64,000 nucleotides of DNA from Octopus sinensis (Eukaryota), in assembly GCF_006345805.1 (NCBI RefSeq), contig NC_043003.1, positions 41,912,001 to 41,976,000 of the forward strand. The letters run 5' to 3'. Positions 63,528 to 64,000 of the stretch are shown in pieces. The notes beneath the pieces are model-generated. The model was not told the DNA's origin. It made no database searches and saw only the letters and a program-made list of their open reading frames with translations. A program made the position numbers and the translations under genes. Positions within the stretch are counted from its first letter, which is position 1, and every line of letters begins with the position of its first letter.

Positions 63528-64000
63528 CCTTAAAATCCTTAAAAATGTTTTAGCCCGAAGGCCGCGGCCATCCTGGGGCACCACCGCTGAATGAGCTACA
63601 CTAGTTTGTGAATCCACCTCTGATACGTGGCACTTGATCAACAAGGGAGTTCGATGCTGCTACCCGCATCCGTGTCTCCTGTCGTGAGGTAGGTGATCTG
63701 GGACTCCCAACAAGAAGAGATCCAGTTTAGGTTTAAAGAAACCACATCCACACCATGTAAGTCTCTCAGGCATTTAGGGAGGATGTTAAAGAGCTGTGGT
63801 CCTCTGAAACCCAAGCTGTTGCAGTATCTGGACCTGTATTTTGATGGTGATGTTGGAATCCTTGGCACCACGCAGCGGCGCCCCGTTCTGCGGTTGGAGT
63901 AACTTTGAATGCCAAAGTTTGGGACAAGACCCTCCAGGATTTTCCAGATGTATATCACTGCATATCTCTCCCGCCTCCGCTCCAGGGAGAAGAGGTTTAA
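63525..64000 (-). mobile_element. 3' end of a CR1/L2/Jockey-group LINE running off the window edge
   Basis: ORF 63638-63958 (...RYMIYIWKILEGLVPN...GPQLFNILPKCLRD) resembles post-RT C-termini of apurinic-endonuclease LINEs. The 3' UTR ends in a hairpin and a short tandem tail TTTAAGGA(T) x2. Confidence 0.8.

Overview
This is eukaryotic, AT-rich (visibly well below 40% GC), microsatellite-saturated non-coding DNA. The tRNA-derived SINE families and repeat landscape point to a coleoid cephalopod, most likely Octopus (inference, not database-checked). I found no convincing host protein-coding exon, tRNA or rRNA gene; nearly all listed ORFs are translations of simple repeats. The window is dominated by mobile elements. 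(1) Four R4/Dong-clade restriction-like-endonuclease LINE copies: one with an uninterrupted 873-aa RT-zinc knuckle-RLE ORF, one with the RT deleted, one internally inverted and one 5' remnant; three of them abut (TAA)n. (2) A 525-bp non-coding element inserted in the same target. (3) A Penelope-like element (RT + GIY-YIG) bracketed by ~370-bp inverted repeats. (4) A CR1/L2-type LINE 3' end. (5) Tc1, mariner (DD34D), maT (DD37D), pogo-like and Helitron-like remnants and several MITEs. (6) Many copies of three SINE families. The most interesting observations are dispersed hammerhead-ribozyme-like motifs, a covarying 3' hairpin shared by SINE and LINE tails, the TAA-targeted non-coding element, a recurrent SINE dimer, and a ~735-bp palindrome centred on (TA)n that may be an assembly artefact. 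Most element boundaries are approximate to within tens of bases.
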